A stretch of DNA of 64,000 bases from an uncultured Planctomycetia bacterium (GTDB lineage: Bacteria > Omnitrophota > Gorgyraeia > Duberdicusellales > Duberdicusellaceae): assembly GCA_964634935.1 (NCBI GenBank), contig CAZWJT010000002.1, positions 202,643 to 266,642 of the forward strand. The letters are read 5' to 3'. The notes under the pieces are model-generated. The model saw only the letters and a list, made by a program, of their open reading frames with translations. It was not told the DNA's origin and did no database searches. The position numbers were made by a program, and so were the translations under genes. Below, piece by piece: positions 1 through 12,519 of this stretch (its first letter is position 1; each line of letters opens with the position of its first letter).

Positions 1-2462
1 ATGTTGTTGAACGCCAACTTGCTCGGGAAAATAAAACAAAGGCCGATATCGGAAGAAAAGCATTTCTGGAACGGCTCTGGGAATGGCAAAAACAGTATGG
101 TTCAACGATTATCGAACAGTTGAAACGGCTCGGCGCAAGTTGTGATTGGGATCGCCTACGCTTTACCATGGATGAACGATATTCTCAATCCGTCATTGAA
201 GTTTTTGTCCGGCTATACGAAAAAAAACTGATTTATCGTGGTAACTACATTATTAATTGGTGCCCTCGATGTAAAACCGCCCTCAGCGACGAAGAATCCA
301 TCCACCGCGAAAAAGACGGTTGGCTTTACTATATTCGTTACCCGCTTCTCAACACTGATGCGCCTCAATATATCACCGTTGCAACAACGCGTCCGGAAAC
401 AATGCTTGGGGACACGGCGGTTGCCTATAATCCTCGCGATCCTCGCTATGCACATCTGCACGGAAAACACTGCGAACTTCCATTCCTTAACAGAACTATT
501 CCTCTGATTGCAGATGATATTGTCGAACAGAAATTCGGCACTGGACTTGTCAAGGTAACCCCGGCGCATGACAAGAATGATTTTCTCATTGCGCAGCGTC
601 ATAAGTTGCCATCGATTTCGATTATGAATGAAGAAGGCATACTGAATGAACACGCCGGCCCATTCTCTGGATTCGATCGCTTCAAGGCTCGCCAGCTCAT
701 CCTTGACGAACTAATGAAAAAATCTCTCCTTGAGAAAAAAGAACCGTATAAAGTCAGCATTGGCCATTGTTACCGCTGCGATACAGTCACGGAGCCTCGC
801 CTATCGCTCCAATGGTTTGTCCGGATGAAACCTCTTGCTTCTCAAGCGCTTCGTGTAGTCCAGGAACGAAAAATTACCTTCTATCCCGCGCGCTGGGAGA
901 AAGTCTATTTGAATTGGCTTGAAAACATTAACGATTGGTGTATTTCACGACAAATTTGGTGGGGACACAGATTACCCGTGTATTATTGTACCCAATGCGC
1001 TGATTATTCAAGAAATACAGCGCCAGGATCCGACAGGGAGCTTATACGTGGAATTATCGTCAGCCGTATTCCGCCAGAAAAATGCCCCGATTGTGGTGGG
1101 AAAAATATGGTGCAAGATGAAGATGTACTGGACACATGGTTTTCTTCATGGCTTTGGCCTTTTGCAACTTTTGGATGGCCTTTTATCAAAACGCAAGAAT
1201 CAGCGCAGGAAAAAACACGGTTCGCGATCGCATCCGCTGCCGAGCAGTCTCTTTGCTCAGACAGTGATTTTAATTATTTTTATCCAACCAATACACTTGT
1301 AACAGCTTCGGAAATCCTGTTCTTCTGGGTAGCCCGGATGATCATGGCTGGTCTTGAGTTTACCGGTCAGATTCCATTCAACACGGTAATTATCCATGGA
1401 ACTGTGCGGGATGATACCGGAAAAAAGATGTCAAAGTCTCTCGGAAACATCATTGATCCCTTAAAAATCATCGATACATACGGTGCTGATGCCCTGCGTT
1501 TTTCACTTATCATGCTTTCTGCAGGGGGTGATCTTTATCTTTCTGATGAAAAATTTCTCGTTGGGCGTAATTTTGCAAATAAAATTTGGAATGCTGTGCG
1601 CTTTATCTTCTCAAATATTGAAACTAAAAAAATTGAGCTTTGTTTGTTACCGCAACAATCAGAAATGTTGACAGATTTTCTCCCTGACCAGTGGATTTTT
1701 GAAGAAATGAATATTTCAGCCGAAAATGCTGCACAAGCTTTGGAAAAATATCGATTCAGCGACTACGCGAAAATTTTATATGAATTTTTCTGGCATAAAT
1801 TTTGTGATTGGTATATTGAAATAGCGAAAATAAATTTCACCCAAGAAACAGCATCCACACTCTTATTAATACTTAGGGATTTCCTTATTCTTTTACATCC
1901 AGTTATGCCGTTTTTAACTGAAGAATTATGGTTACGCATACGCCAGTATATGGATTTACCGGAAACCATAGCGTTCGCCCAATGGCCACGCTATCCGCAC
2001 CGTTGCAGTGAGGCAAAATCTCAATTTGAAAAATTGCAGGAGGGCATTGTATCTGTGCGAGGATTGAAAAAAGATCTGGGAATTCAAGACGAAATTAAAT
2101 GTTCTTTTATTGCTCACGCAGATAGCGACCGAAAACTCATACAACAGAATACCGCCTGGATGAAACAATTTCTAAAAACCAATGTGTCTGACCAGGTATC
2201 CCCACACGAATCGTCTCTATCAATAACAACAACTTTTTTTGACGTTTACCTTGTAACCGAAAATCTTTTATCAAAAGAAGCCTACGCCGAAAAGATACAA
2301 AAAAAGCTTTTGGATCTAAAAGAGAAGATTTCTGTCGCACGGTTAAAAATCGATAACCCTAATTTTCTCTCCCGAGCGCCCCAAGAAATCATTGACCGTC
2401 AAAAAATTCATATTGCGACTCTTACCCAAGAATATGAACGCCTTGCTTCGATTCGATATTAA
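1..2462 (+). CDS. valS: valyl-tRNA synthetase, 5'-truncated by the window edge (C-terminal ~820 aa present)
   Basis: The frame is open from nt 3. The translation reads ...LWEWQKQYGSTIIEQLKRLGASCDWDRLRFTMDE and the KMSKS motif (GKKMSKSLGN) is present. The C-terminal coiled-coil tail is typical of ValRS. Confidence 0.9.
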   Translation, partial: VVERQLARENKTKADIGRKAFLERLWEWQKQYGSTIIEQLKRLGASCDWDRLRFTMDERYSQSVIEVFVRLYEKKLIYRGNYIINWCPRCKTALSDEESIHREKDGWLYYIRYPLLNTDAPQYITVATTRPETMLGDTAVAYNPRDPRYAHLHGKHCELPFLNRTIPLIADDIVEQKFGTGLVKVTPAHDKNDFLIAQRHKLPSISIMNEEGILNEHAGPFSGFDRFKARQLILDELMKKSLLEKKEPYKVSIGHCYRCDTVTEPRLSLQWFVRMKPLASQALRVVQERKITFYPARWEKVYLNWLENINDWCISRQIWWGHRLPVYYCTQCADYSRNTAPGSDRELIRGIIVSRIPPEKCPDCGGKNMVQDEDVLDTWFSSWLWPFATFGWPFIKTQESAQEKTRFAIASAAEQSLCSDSDFNYFYPTNTLVTASEILFFWVARMIMAGLEFTGQIPFNTVIIHGTVRDDTGKKMSKSLGNIIDPLKIIDTYGADALRFSLIMLSAGGDLYLSDEKFLVGRNFANKIWNAVRFIFSNIETKKIELCLLPQQSEMLTDFLPDQWIFEEMNISAENAAQALEKYRFSDYAKILYEFFWHKFCDWYIEIAKINFTQETASTLLLILRDFLILLHPVMPFLTEELWLRIRQYMDLPETIAFAQWPRYPHRCSEAKSQFEKLQEGIVSVRGLKKDLGIQDEIKCSFIAHADSDRKLIQQNTAWMKQFLKTNVSDQVSPHESSLSITTTFFDVYLVTENLLSKEAYAEKIQKKLLDLKEKISVARLKIDNPNFLSRAPQEIIDRQKIHIATLTQEYERLASIRY

Positions 2463-2475
2463 TCCAAAAATGATT

Positions 2476-2504
2476 TTGCGCAAGGATTTATCTTACGATA
2501 CAAT
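2476..2504 (+). promoter_or_regulatory. candidate sigma70 promoter for nadC; the -10 ends 7 nt before the ATG, so the mRNA may be leaderless
   Basis: -35 TTGCGC, 17-nt spacer, -10 TACAAT. The ATG at 2511 sits where the transcription start would fall, and no SD precedes it. Confidence 0.25.
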
Positions 2505-2510
2505 AAGATT

Positions 2511-3380
2511 ATGCTTACAAAGGAAATAATCTCGACCCTTGCGCAGCGAGCACTCGATGAAGATAGGGGACTTTGCGATCTTACCACCCACGCTACGATA
2601 AATCCTGAGCTATATTTAACTGCCGGGATTATCGCAAACGAACCTTTGGTTTTGTGCGGCGTGGACATCGCTCGCGCGGTATTCCATCGAGCATCGCCTT
2701 CGATACAATTCAGTGCCAGAAAAAAAGACGGCGATTTCTTGAAATCCAAAACGGTAATTGCTGTAGTGCGCGGAAAAGCAGCCCCGATATTGACGGCTGA
2801 ACGAACCGCGTTAAACTTTCTCATGAACCTTTCTGGAATTGCATCGTTTACAAACACCTTTGTTCAAAAAGCATCCCGGCATGGCGTGCGCATACTCGAT
2901 ACTCGCAAAACGATGCCACTGTTACGTGCGCTTCATAAGTATGCCGTTCATGTTGGCGGAGGACTCAACCATCGCTTTGGCCTCTGGGATGGGATAATCA
3001 TTAAAGAAAATCATCTCATTGCCACAAAAATTAAGCGTGGCTCAAAAATCGATGTTTCTTCATTGAAAAATTTAATCACGAATATGCGTAAAGCTTTTCA
3101 TAAAAAAATCGAGGTAGAAGTAGAAAGCATTAAAGAATTCACGGCGGTTGCTCGGTGTAAGCCAGATATTATATTGCTTGATAACTTTGCGCTACAAGAT
3201 ATAAAAGAATGCGTGCGTCTGCGTAATACTCACTTTCCCAAAATAATACTTGAAGCCTCTGGGGGGATTAATTATGCGACAATCACCCAAGTTAGCCAAA
3301 CCAGGGTCGACTATGTTTCACTCGGATGCCTTACGCATTCGTTCCAAAGCAAGGATATCTCCTTAGATATTCTTTCATAA
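2511..3380 (+). CDS. nadC: nicotinate-nucleotide pyrophosphorylase (quinolinate phosphoribosyltransferase)
   Basis: 289 aa. TRKTMPLLRALHKYAVHVGGGLNHRFGLWDGIIIKENH matches the NadC active-site region. Confidence 0.85.
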   Translation: MLTKEIISTLAQRALDEDRGLCDLTTHATINPELYLTAGIIANEPLVLCGVDIARAVFHRASPSIQFSARKKDGDFLKSKTVIAVVRGKAAPILTAERTALNFLMNLSGIASFTNTFVQKASRHGVRILDTRKTMPLLRALHKYAVHVGGGLNHRFGLWDGIIIKENHLIATKIKRGSKIDVSSLKNLITNMRKAFHKKIEVEVESIKEFTAVARCKPDIILLDNFALQDIKECVRLRNTHFPKIILEASGGINYATITQVSQTRVDYVSLGCLTHSFQSKDISLDILS

Positions 3381-3385
3381 CGTAA

Positions 3386-3426
3386 TGAGACTTAGCTGTT
3401 TTAAGTTCAAAGAACGTCAAAGCAGC
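3386..3426 (+). repeat. 41-nt direct repeat, copy 1, containing an 8-bp stem hairpin (gctgtttt ... aaagcagc, one G-U wobble)
   Basis: tgagacttagctgttttaagttcaaagaacgtcaaagcagc is repeated 78 nt downstream with one mismatch. It lies in the nadC to tRNA-Pro spacer. Confidence 0.8.
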
Positions 3427-3463
3427 TTTAGTCGAATTATCCTCGAGCGCAGCGAGTGGGGTT

Positions 3464-3504
3464 TGAGACTTAGCTGTTTTAAGTTCAAAGAACGTCAAAA
3501 CAGC
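3464..3504 (+). repeat. 41-nt direct repeat, copy 2, with a perfect 8-bp stem (gctgtttt / aaaacagc) and a 16-nt loop
   Basis: tgagacttagctgttttaagttcaaagaacgtcaaaacagc. The 37-nt spacer between the copies is unrelated sequence. Confidence 0.8.
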
Positions 3505-3585
3505 CTGAGCTGGAGGATCTCCACAGGTAAAATGGTGTGTGGATGACCGAGAGGAAAAAATCCTTTTGATATACTTGTCATAGTT

Positions 3586-3660
3586 CGGGGCGTGGCTCAG
3601 CTTGGCTAGAGCGCTTGGTTCGGGACCAAGAGGTCGACAGTTCAAATCTGTCCGCCCCGA
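3586..3660 (+). tRNA. tRNA-Pro, anticodon CGG
   Basis: The cloverleaf was read by eye. Acceptor CGGGGCG/CGCCCCG with the C1:G72 pair typical of tRNA-Pro. D-stem GCTC/GAGC. Anticodon stem CTTGG/CCAAG with loop TTCGGGA. T-arm GACAG-TTCAAAT-CTGTC. No CCA is encoded. Confidence 0.85.
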
Positions 3661-3682
3661 TTGATTGAACAAAAAGTGTGTA

Positions 3683-4045
3683 ATGCCGATGGAAAAAATC
3701 ATTTTTGTATATGTCACTGTAGCCAATTTTTCGGAAGCCCGTACCTTGGGCACAAAAATCCTTAAAAAACGATTAGCTGCTTGCGTAAACATTGTTCATC
3801 CGATCACTTCCCTCTATATCTGGAAAGGAGCCATCGAAAAAAACACCGAAACGTCGTTAATCATAAAAACCCGTAAATCCTTCTTCAAAAAACTTGCGAG
3901 ATTTATTAAGAAAGCGCATAGTTATTCTTGCCCATGCATCGCATCATTTCCGGTTCAAGATCTAGAACGCGGATATAATCGATGGTTAGCAGAGGAAACA
4001 AGCACCCAAATAAGCAAAAAAGGATACACCCGTTCAATTCCTTGA
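3683..4045 (+). CDS. cutA: divalent-cation tolerance protein CutA
   Basis: IIFVYVTVANFSEARTLGTKILKKRLAACVNIVHPITSLYIWKGAIE is a CutA1 signature. The ORF-track frame begins at a TTG at 3665; ATG candidates are at 3683 and 3689. Confidence 0.7.
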   Translation: MPMEKIIFVYVTVANFSEARTLGTKILKKRLAACVNIVHPITSLYIWKGAIEKNTETSLIIKTRKSFFKKLARFIKKAHSYSCPCIASFPVQDLERGYNRWLAEETSTQISKKGYTRSIP

Positions 4046-4074
4046 ATTCATTGAACCTAAAAAATGTTCTGAAC

Positions 4075-4356
4075 ATGACAGAAAAAGAAAAAACGGTTCG
4101 TGTTCATTTTGTAGGAGAAGTCCAGGGGGTTGGTTTCCGTTTTAGCTGTCATTCCCTCGCGGAACGTTCCGGCATTCGCGGATGGATACGCAATAATCCG
4201 GATGGAAGCGTTACACTGGTTGCCCAGGGAAAAACAGAAACGATCGATCAATACATATTATCGATAAACGCACTTTTTAAGAATAATATTCGTTCTTGCG
4301 AAACTTTCGATGAAGCGGCTTCTCTATACGAAAATTTCACAATTAAATTTTTCTGA
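4075..4356 (+). CDS. acyP: acylphosphatase
   Basis: 93 aa from the internal ATG. The VRVHFVGEVQGVGFRFS motif matches acylphosphatase (VxGxVQGVxFR). Confidence 0.75.
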   Translation: MTEKEKTVRVHFVGEVQGVGFRFSCHSLAERSGIRGWIRNNPDGSVTLVAQGKTETIDQYILSINALFKNNIRSCETFDEAASLYENFTIKFF

Positions 4357-4364
4357 TCAATAGA

Positions 4365-7585
<3,221 letters not shown>

Positions 7586-7593
7586 GCGAGTGA

Positions 7594-8220
7594 ATGATTT
7601 CTCGGGACTCCCTAGAAATCAATGCCTTTTGCGCTGGAGAACTCCAGACCAATTCCTACCTTGTAGTGAAAAATACATCGGCTTTTCTTGTTGATCCGGG
7701 AGGTGCCTGGAAAAAAATTTCTGCCACAATACAGAAAAAATCCCTCACGCTTGATTTTATTATCAATACCCATTGTCATATCGATCATATCCAGGATGAC
7801 GAAAAATTTGAAGTTCCGATTTACATCCACTCATTAGACAAGAATGGACTTTATGATCCCTCACAAAATTTATCAATATACTTTGGATACGAGTTTATAC
7901 TCCCAGAGAAAATTCCGGTTATTTCTTTCCCGGAAACATTTTCCCTTGATTTTCATGGAACGATCCTTGAAATTATCCATACACCGGGACACACCCCGGG
8001 AGGTGTTTGTATCAAGGTGGAAGATACTTTATTGAGCGGGGATACTCTTTTTTTCCGCTCAATTGGAAGAACGGATTTGCCCTCTGGAAACCACGATCTT
8101 TTGATTGAGGCAATCCGCAAAAAGATTTTCGTACTATCGCCTCAGTTGCGTATTCTCCCGGGACACGGCCCAGAGACAACCCTACACGATGAAATAAGAA
8201 ACAATCCATTCTTTATCTGA
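7594..8220 (+). CDS. MBL-fold metallo-hydrolase (glyoxalase II-like)
   Basis: HCHIDH metal-binding motif, and HTPGHTPGG downstream. Confidence 0.7.
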   Translation: MISRDSLEINAFCAGELQTNSYLVVKNTSAFLVDPGGAWKKISATIQKKSLTLDFIINTHCHIDHIQDDEKFEVPIYIHSLDKNGLYDPSQNLSIYFGYEFILPEKIPVISFPETFSLDFHGTILEIIHTPGHTPGGVCIKVEDTLLSGDTLFFRSIGRTDLPSGNHDLLIEAIRKKIFVLSPQLRILPGHGPETTLHDEIRNNPFFI

Positions 8221-8260
8221 GCTGATTTTGTATTTCATTCTATGCGCATCCAAGATTTAT

Positions 8261-8289
8261 TTGACTTATCAACTTTTTTTGCAATAATA
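8261..8289 (+). promoter_or_regulatory. candidate promoter upstream of pilM; the -10 ends 5 nt before the ATG
   Basis: -35 TTGACT, 17-nt spacer, -10 ATAATA. Confidence 0.25.
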
Positions 8290-8294
8290 ATAGT

Positions 8295-9476
8295 ATGATT
8301 TCTCGGGAGGCGGGTGGTTTATCAAAAAAAAATTTCCCTCAGAGCGGTATTATTCCGATTTTCACACAAACCGCTTCTCGGGTGCGCTCGAAACTACGCA
8401 CCTATCGAACCGGTATCGATTGGGGAACAAAGGCAATTAAAATTGTCACCGCTCATAAAGCCTATGCTTCTGTTTCCGATTCGTTTTTCCTGCCACAATC
8501 CACGGAAAAGATCCACCCCAGAAAAACCCGCATAAAAACGAGGTTCTTTTCTAAAGACTGGATACAAGAAAAAATACGCAATTTTCGCGCTGCAGGAATT
8601 CATGTTATTTCAGATTACGCCGTATCCCTGGACGAGAAGGATCATGCGGAATTTTTAAAAGAAATAGTCCAGCGTAAATCTTTCGCTCCCTTTAATACCG
8701 CTCTTTCAGTTGACGGTCCTTTCACTCTCTTGCGAACCGTCGATTTGCCGGTTATGACAAAAAATGCTTTGCGCGAATCGTTTAAATACGAACTTACCAA
8801 ATATATCCCATTTTCTGCTGACGAAGTATACTACGATTTTTCAGTACTGCCCAGCTCAAAAGGTCCGACAATGAAAGTTCTTTTAGCCGTGGTAAAAAAA
8901 GATTTTCTCGATGAAAAACTCAATATTCTTTCTCGAGCCGGGATTTATCCGCGGACAATTACCCTTGCACCAGTTGTTCTGAACAATCTTTTTGCGAAAG
9001 TATATGAAACAGAAAAAGATACAATCGCCCTTATCGATATGGGTTTTTCTTCTTGGGTAATCAACGTCATTTCTTCTGGGACCCTTCTTTTATCCCGAGA
9101 AATCAAGAAAGCAAGCGATGATATCTTTCGTATTTTTTCTGTCCGCATCGGAAGTGAGATAAAAAACTTTGCTGATCTATCGCTGTGTGAAAAAATCTCC
9201 CCGGAACTCATTCTCGAAACCATCCCGGAAGCCGTGGAAGGAATCAGGCTCTCCTTAGATTATTTAGAAACAAGGGAAAATATAGCAATCCGAAAAATTT
9301 TATTGTCGGGCGGGTTTTCGATGTGTAAAAATTTTGCTTCAGCTTTTGCAGCGGCACTCGGTATTGAAGTCTCTGCTTTGCGCATTCTCGACAAACTACC
9401 CTGCGAAGAGCAAACACGCGCACAACTAGATCCGCATGAGGGAGATTATATGATTGCGATGGGATTAGCGGTATGA
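8295..9476 (+). CDS. pilM: type IV pilus assembly protein PilM (actin-like ATPase fold)
   Basis: GIDWGTKAIKIV corresponds to the PilM N-terminal GIDIG motif. It is followed by pilNOPQ. Confidence 0.7.
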   Translation: MISREAGGLSKKNFPQSGIIPIFTQTASRVRSKLRTYRTGIDWGTKAIKIVTAHKAYASVSDSFFLPQSTEKIHPRKTRIKTRFFSKDWIQEKIRNFRAAGIHVISDYAVSLDEKDHAEFLKEIVQRKSFAPFNTALSVDGPFTLLRTVDLPVMTKNALRESFKYELTKYIPFSADEVYYDFSVLPSSKGPTMKVLLAVVKKDFLDEKLNILSRAGIYPRTITLAPVVLNNLFAKVYETEKDTIALIDMGFSSWVINVISSGTLLLSREIKKASDDIFRIFSVRIGSEIKNFADLSLCEKISPELILETIPEAVEGIRLSLDYLETRENIAIRKILLSGGFSMCKNFASAFAAALGIEVSALRILDKLPCEEQTRAQLDPHEGDYMIAMGLAV

Positions 9477-10069
9477 TAGAAATAAATCTTTTACCGCCTG
9501 CTCAGAAAAAACACAATTTTGTTTTCTCTCTCTACGATCTGCTGCCTTATGGGTATCTCTTAACGGTTGTGATTATTATTTTAAACCTGCTCGTCGGTGG
9601 AATTCTCATTACTGAGTACGCCGCATTTTCAAGGATCAAATCAACCTGGGAACATAAACATCCGGAATATGAGTCCTTCACGTTGTTGAAGAATGAAATT
9701 TCTGATTTACAAAGAAAAGTTGCGTCTTTGCGATCCCTGACGGATCCGCCAATCACCTTTTCGCGGTTTCTTTATCTGCTTTCATCACATCTTCCTAATA
9801 ATGTGTGGTTTGAAAATATTACTTATCGAAACGATATTTTTCTTCTGAAAGGACGCGCTGTAGATTTCGATACGGATGCATTGACTGCAATTAAAAAATA
9901 TACGGCTGATTTGCAAAAAACCGAAGCAACCAAATTATTCCCAATAATTGAAATTTCCTCCTTGCAGAGTGAGCATCGAAAAAATAAGAATCTTGTCACC
10001 TATGAAATCATGTTTTCACGGAAAATGGACGAACCAAAAGCACCGCGCGCGATGCGCCAAAGGAAATAA
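9473..10069 (+). CDS. pilN: type IV pilus assembly protein PilN
   Basis: MIEINLLPP start is the canonical PilN N-terminus. A single TM segment is followed by a periplasmic domain. Confidence 0.75.
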   Translation: MIEINLLPPAQKKHNFVFSLYDLLPYGYLLTVVIIILNLLVGGILITEYAAFSRIKSTWEHKHPEYESFTLLKNEISDLQRKVASLRSLTDPPITFSRFLYLLSSHLPNNVWFENITYRNDIFLLKGRAVDFDTDALTAIKKYTADLQKTEATKLFPIIEISSLQSEHRKNKNLVTYEIMFSRKMDEPKAPRAMRQRK

Positions 10070-10072
10070 ACA

Positions 10073-10609
10073 ATGATCGGCGCAAAAGAAAGGATCATTT
10101 TGACAGCGGTTACGCTTGCGACATTTTGCGTCGTTGACTTAGCGTTTCTGTTAGTCCCTCAGTTTACCCAATTCCAAAAAGTTGCACATGATTTCAAGCA
10201 AATGTCTTCTGAAATTAAAATTTTCCAAGAAGATATTCTCAATAAGGATGCAAAATTGAAGCAAAAGGAAAAGCTTGAAGATCAGCTTTTACTGCTTGAA
10301 GGAAAATTTTCAAACAACAATGATTTTTCGCCTTACCTTGCGATCATTAATGATGCTATAAAAAATTCTGGAGTCAATGCGCAAACTGCAAAACCGCTGC
10401 CGGTCGAACTTTTAAAAAATGAGGGGTCTTTTTCTTTTTACATATTACCGCTCGAAGTAATCATTACCGACAAATATCATAAGTTTGGAACTTTTCTTAA
10501 TAAACTCGAGACTACCGGATATTTTATCGGAATTAAGGGATTAGAAATAACTGCAAATTATCCACAACATTTAATTCGAGTTATCGTATGGGGTGTTGGA
10601 AAAAAATAA
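10073..10609 (+). CDS. pilO: type IV pilus assembly protein PilO-like
   Basis: Position in the cluster. N-terminal TM, coiled coil, then a C-terminal domain. Confidence 0.55.
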   Translation: MIGAKERIILTAVTLATFCVVDLAFLLVPQFTQFQKVAHDFKQMSSEIKIFQEDILNKDAKLKQKEKLEDQLLLLEGKFSNNNDFSPYLAIINDAIKNSGVNAQTAKPLPVELLKNEGSFSFYILPLEVIITDKYHKFGTFLNKLETTGYFIGIKGLEITANYPQHLIRVIVWGVGKK

Positions 10610-10947
10610 CTTTTCTTTTACTGCCGGCTGTTTTTCTGTGCTTTCTCAACGAAGGGGCGGAAAATGGATTTATCTATCCTCACGATGCTGGACGTGACCC
10701 CTTGGAATCCCTCTTAAATGCAGATGGAACGTTAAATCGACGTCTTATTCAAGAAACAAGTTCGTATACCCTGCAAGGTATTATCTATGATACTCAAGGA
10801 AAAAGTTACGCCGTGATTAATAATGTAACTGTTCGCGAAGGCGATTTCATTGGAGACGCCACAATCGCGACTATCGAAAAAGAACGGGTAGTTTTATCGC
10901 GACAAGGCCAAGAAATAGTTCTAAATGCGGAGGAAAATAATGACTAA
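10588..10947 (+). CDS. pilP: PilP-like pilot/assembly protein
   Basis: 119 aa. LQGIIYDTQGKSYAVINNVTVREGDFIGDATIATIEKERVVL resembles the PilP core. Confidence 0.5.
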   Translation: MGCWKKITFLLLPAVFLCFLNEGAENGFIYPHDAGRDPLESLLNADGTLNRRLIQETSSYTLQGIIYDTQGKSYAVINNVTVREGDFIGDATIATIEKERVVLSRQGQEIVLNAEENND

Positions 10948-12433
10948 AAAACAGTTTCTTCTCGTTCTATTTCTCATCGTTTTTTCGATTCCTTTTCTGG
11001 GAATGGCCCAAGATACATTAAGTCTCAATTTTAAAGAGACTGACTTAAAAGTCGTGCTCCAGAGCATTGCCGAGAAAAGTGGAGTCAACATTATTTTTGC
11101 TCCCGAAGTTACCGGAACTGTAAGCGTCAAACTTGACAATATCAACTGGCAGACGGCATTAGAAGTGATTTTGCGCGCCTACGATTATGGATACGCAAAG
11201 TACAAAGATGTTGTCATTGTTGCTCCGATGGAAAAGATCAAAGAGCGCGAGACTCAAGAGAAAGACCGGGAAGCAACGGAACCGGTGCAAATGAAGATTT
11301 TTAAGCTCCGGTTTATTGACGGCAATGACGCAATTAAACTCGTAGGTCCGCTTCTTTCGGGAAGAGGAAGAGCAACAGTCTTAGAGTTAACTGGCCAGGC
11401 TGGCTGGGAATTTGGGAGTGATATTACAAAACGGAGGAGAAGCCAGGAAGGCCGCATATCGCGGACTAAAGTCTTGGTGGTTTCTGATGTTGCCCGTAAA
11501 CTCGATGAGGCTCAGGCACTCTTAAATGAGATTGACGTCAAACCAAAACAGATTTTGATCCGGGCAAAAATTATGGAAGTGAATGTAGATACCTTGAGAG
11601 ATATCGGGTTTGACTGGGGTACTGGATCGACAGGGGCAAGTGTCGAAGCATTAACCTTTACGGAATTAGAAGGGACTCATTCCAGTATTGGCGCCCATGG
11701 ATGGACCTCGGTGACTCCTTCGATTTTCGGCCCGAAAGAAGGAACCCTTATGAATGTCGCAAATACTGGTCTTAAATTCGCGTTCCGCAAACTTACTGGC
11801 AATCAATTCGAGGTGCTTCTTCATACCCTAGAAGAAAAAGTCAACTCCAACACCCTTTCTGCTCCATCAATTTTAACCCTGAACAACCAAGAAGCATCCA
11901 TACTCGTTGGTACTAAATTTCCCATCGTTAAAACTGAGGTAAGCCAGGAAACAGGGGGAATCGTCGGCGGTTCTCTTGATCGCTATCAAGATATTGGAAT
12001 TCAATTAAATGTTGTTCCACAAATCTGTGGAGAGAATGAGGATTTTATTAACATGATTCTTCATCCTGCGGTTACCTCGTACAGCCAGACAACAAAAATA
12101 CAGACCGCCACAACCGTACTCTCTGAATATCCAATTATTGTTTCTCGGGAGGCTGAAACTCAGGTTATTGTGCGGAATAAAGAAACAATAGTAATCGGGG
12201 GACTCCTGAAGGAAGTAAAAGGAAAACAAAAAATAGGAATTCCATTTTTAAGTAGCATTCCGATTCTTGGCTGGTTTTTTTCACGCTACACCGATGATAC
12301 GGAAAAAATTGACTTGCTTGTCTTCATTACCGCAGAAATAGTTGATCCGGGCGAACCTTTTCCGGAAGCATGGCTGAACGTTAAAGAATTTGAAAAACAT
12401 TTTTCAGAGCCACGGAAAAAATCGAAGCGATAA
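10925..12433 (+). CDS. pilQ: type IV pilus secretin PilQ
   Basis: Signal peptide. Secretin C-domain (LSAPSILTLNNQEASILVGTKFPI ... ETIVIGGL). An alternative start lies at 10940. Confidence 0.8.
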   Translation: MRRKIMTKKQFLLVLFLIVFSIPFLGMAQDTLSLNFKETDLKVVLQSIAEKSGVNIIFAPEVTGTVSVKLDNINWQTALEVILRAYDYGYAKYKDVVIVAPMEKIKERETQEKDREATEPVQMKIFKLRFIDGNDAIKLVGPLLSGRGRATVLELTGQAGWEFGSDITKRRRSQEGRISRTKVLVVSDVARKLDEAQALLNEIDVKPKQILIRAKIMEVNVDTLRDIGFDWGTGSTGASVEALTFTELEGTHSSIGAHGWTSVTPSIFGPKEGTLMNVANTGLKFAFRKLTGNQFEVLLHTLEEKVNSNTLSAPSILTLNNQEASILVGTKFPIVKTEVSQETGGIVGGSLDRYQDIGIQLNVVPQICGENEDFINMILHPAVTSYSQTTKIQTATTVLSEYPIIVSREAETQVIVRNKETIVIGGLLKEVKGKQKIGIPFLSSIPILGWFFSRYTDDTEKIDLLVFITAEIVDPGEPFPEAWLNVKEFEKHFSEPRKKSKR

Positions 12434-12519
12434 CAAAACCGACATCTCAATTTTATTTTTCTTTTCGCGCCGCGCATTAACCGGTCATTAAAAGAGCTGC
12501 AAAAAATACCAAAAAACTC

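Noticed and set aside
213-653. Overlapping small ORFs inside valS (213-653 minus, 238-507 plus, and others)
   Set aside because: They are nested in a well-conserved synthetase frame with no independent signals. Similar alt-frame ORFs occur throughout the window and were ignored.
3386-3504. CRISPR array interpretation of the two repeats with one spacer
   Set aside because: There are only two repeat units and no cas genes in 64 kb. The repeat, a 41-nt unit with an 8-bp stem and 16-nt loop, is atypical for CRISPR repeats. I kept it as a structured tandem element rather than calling it CRISPR.
3331-3792. 153-aa minus-strand ORF with internal peptide repeats (ALTFFELKTAKS occurs twice)
   Set aside because: It is the antisense translation of the two 41-nt DNA repeats and it runs straight across tRNA-Pro. 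The repeat at nucleotide level explains it, and nothing supports a real protein.
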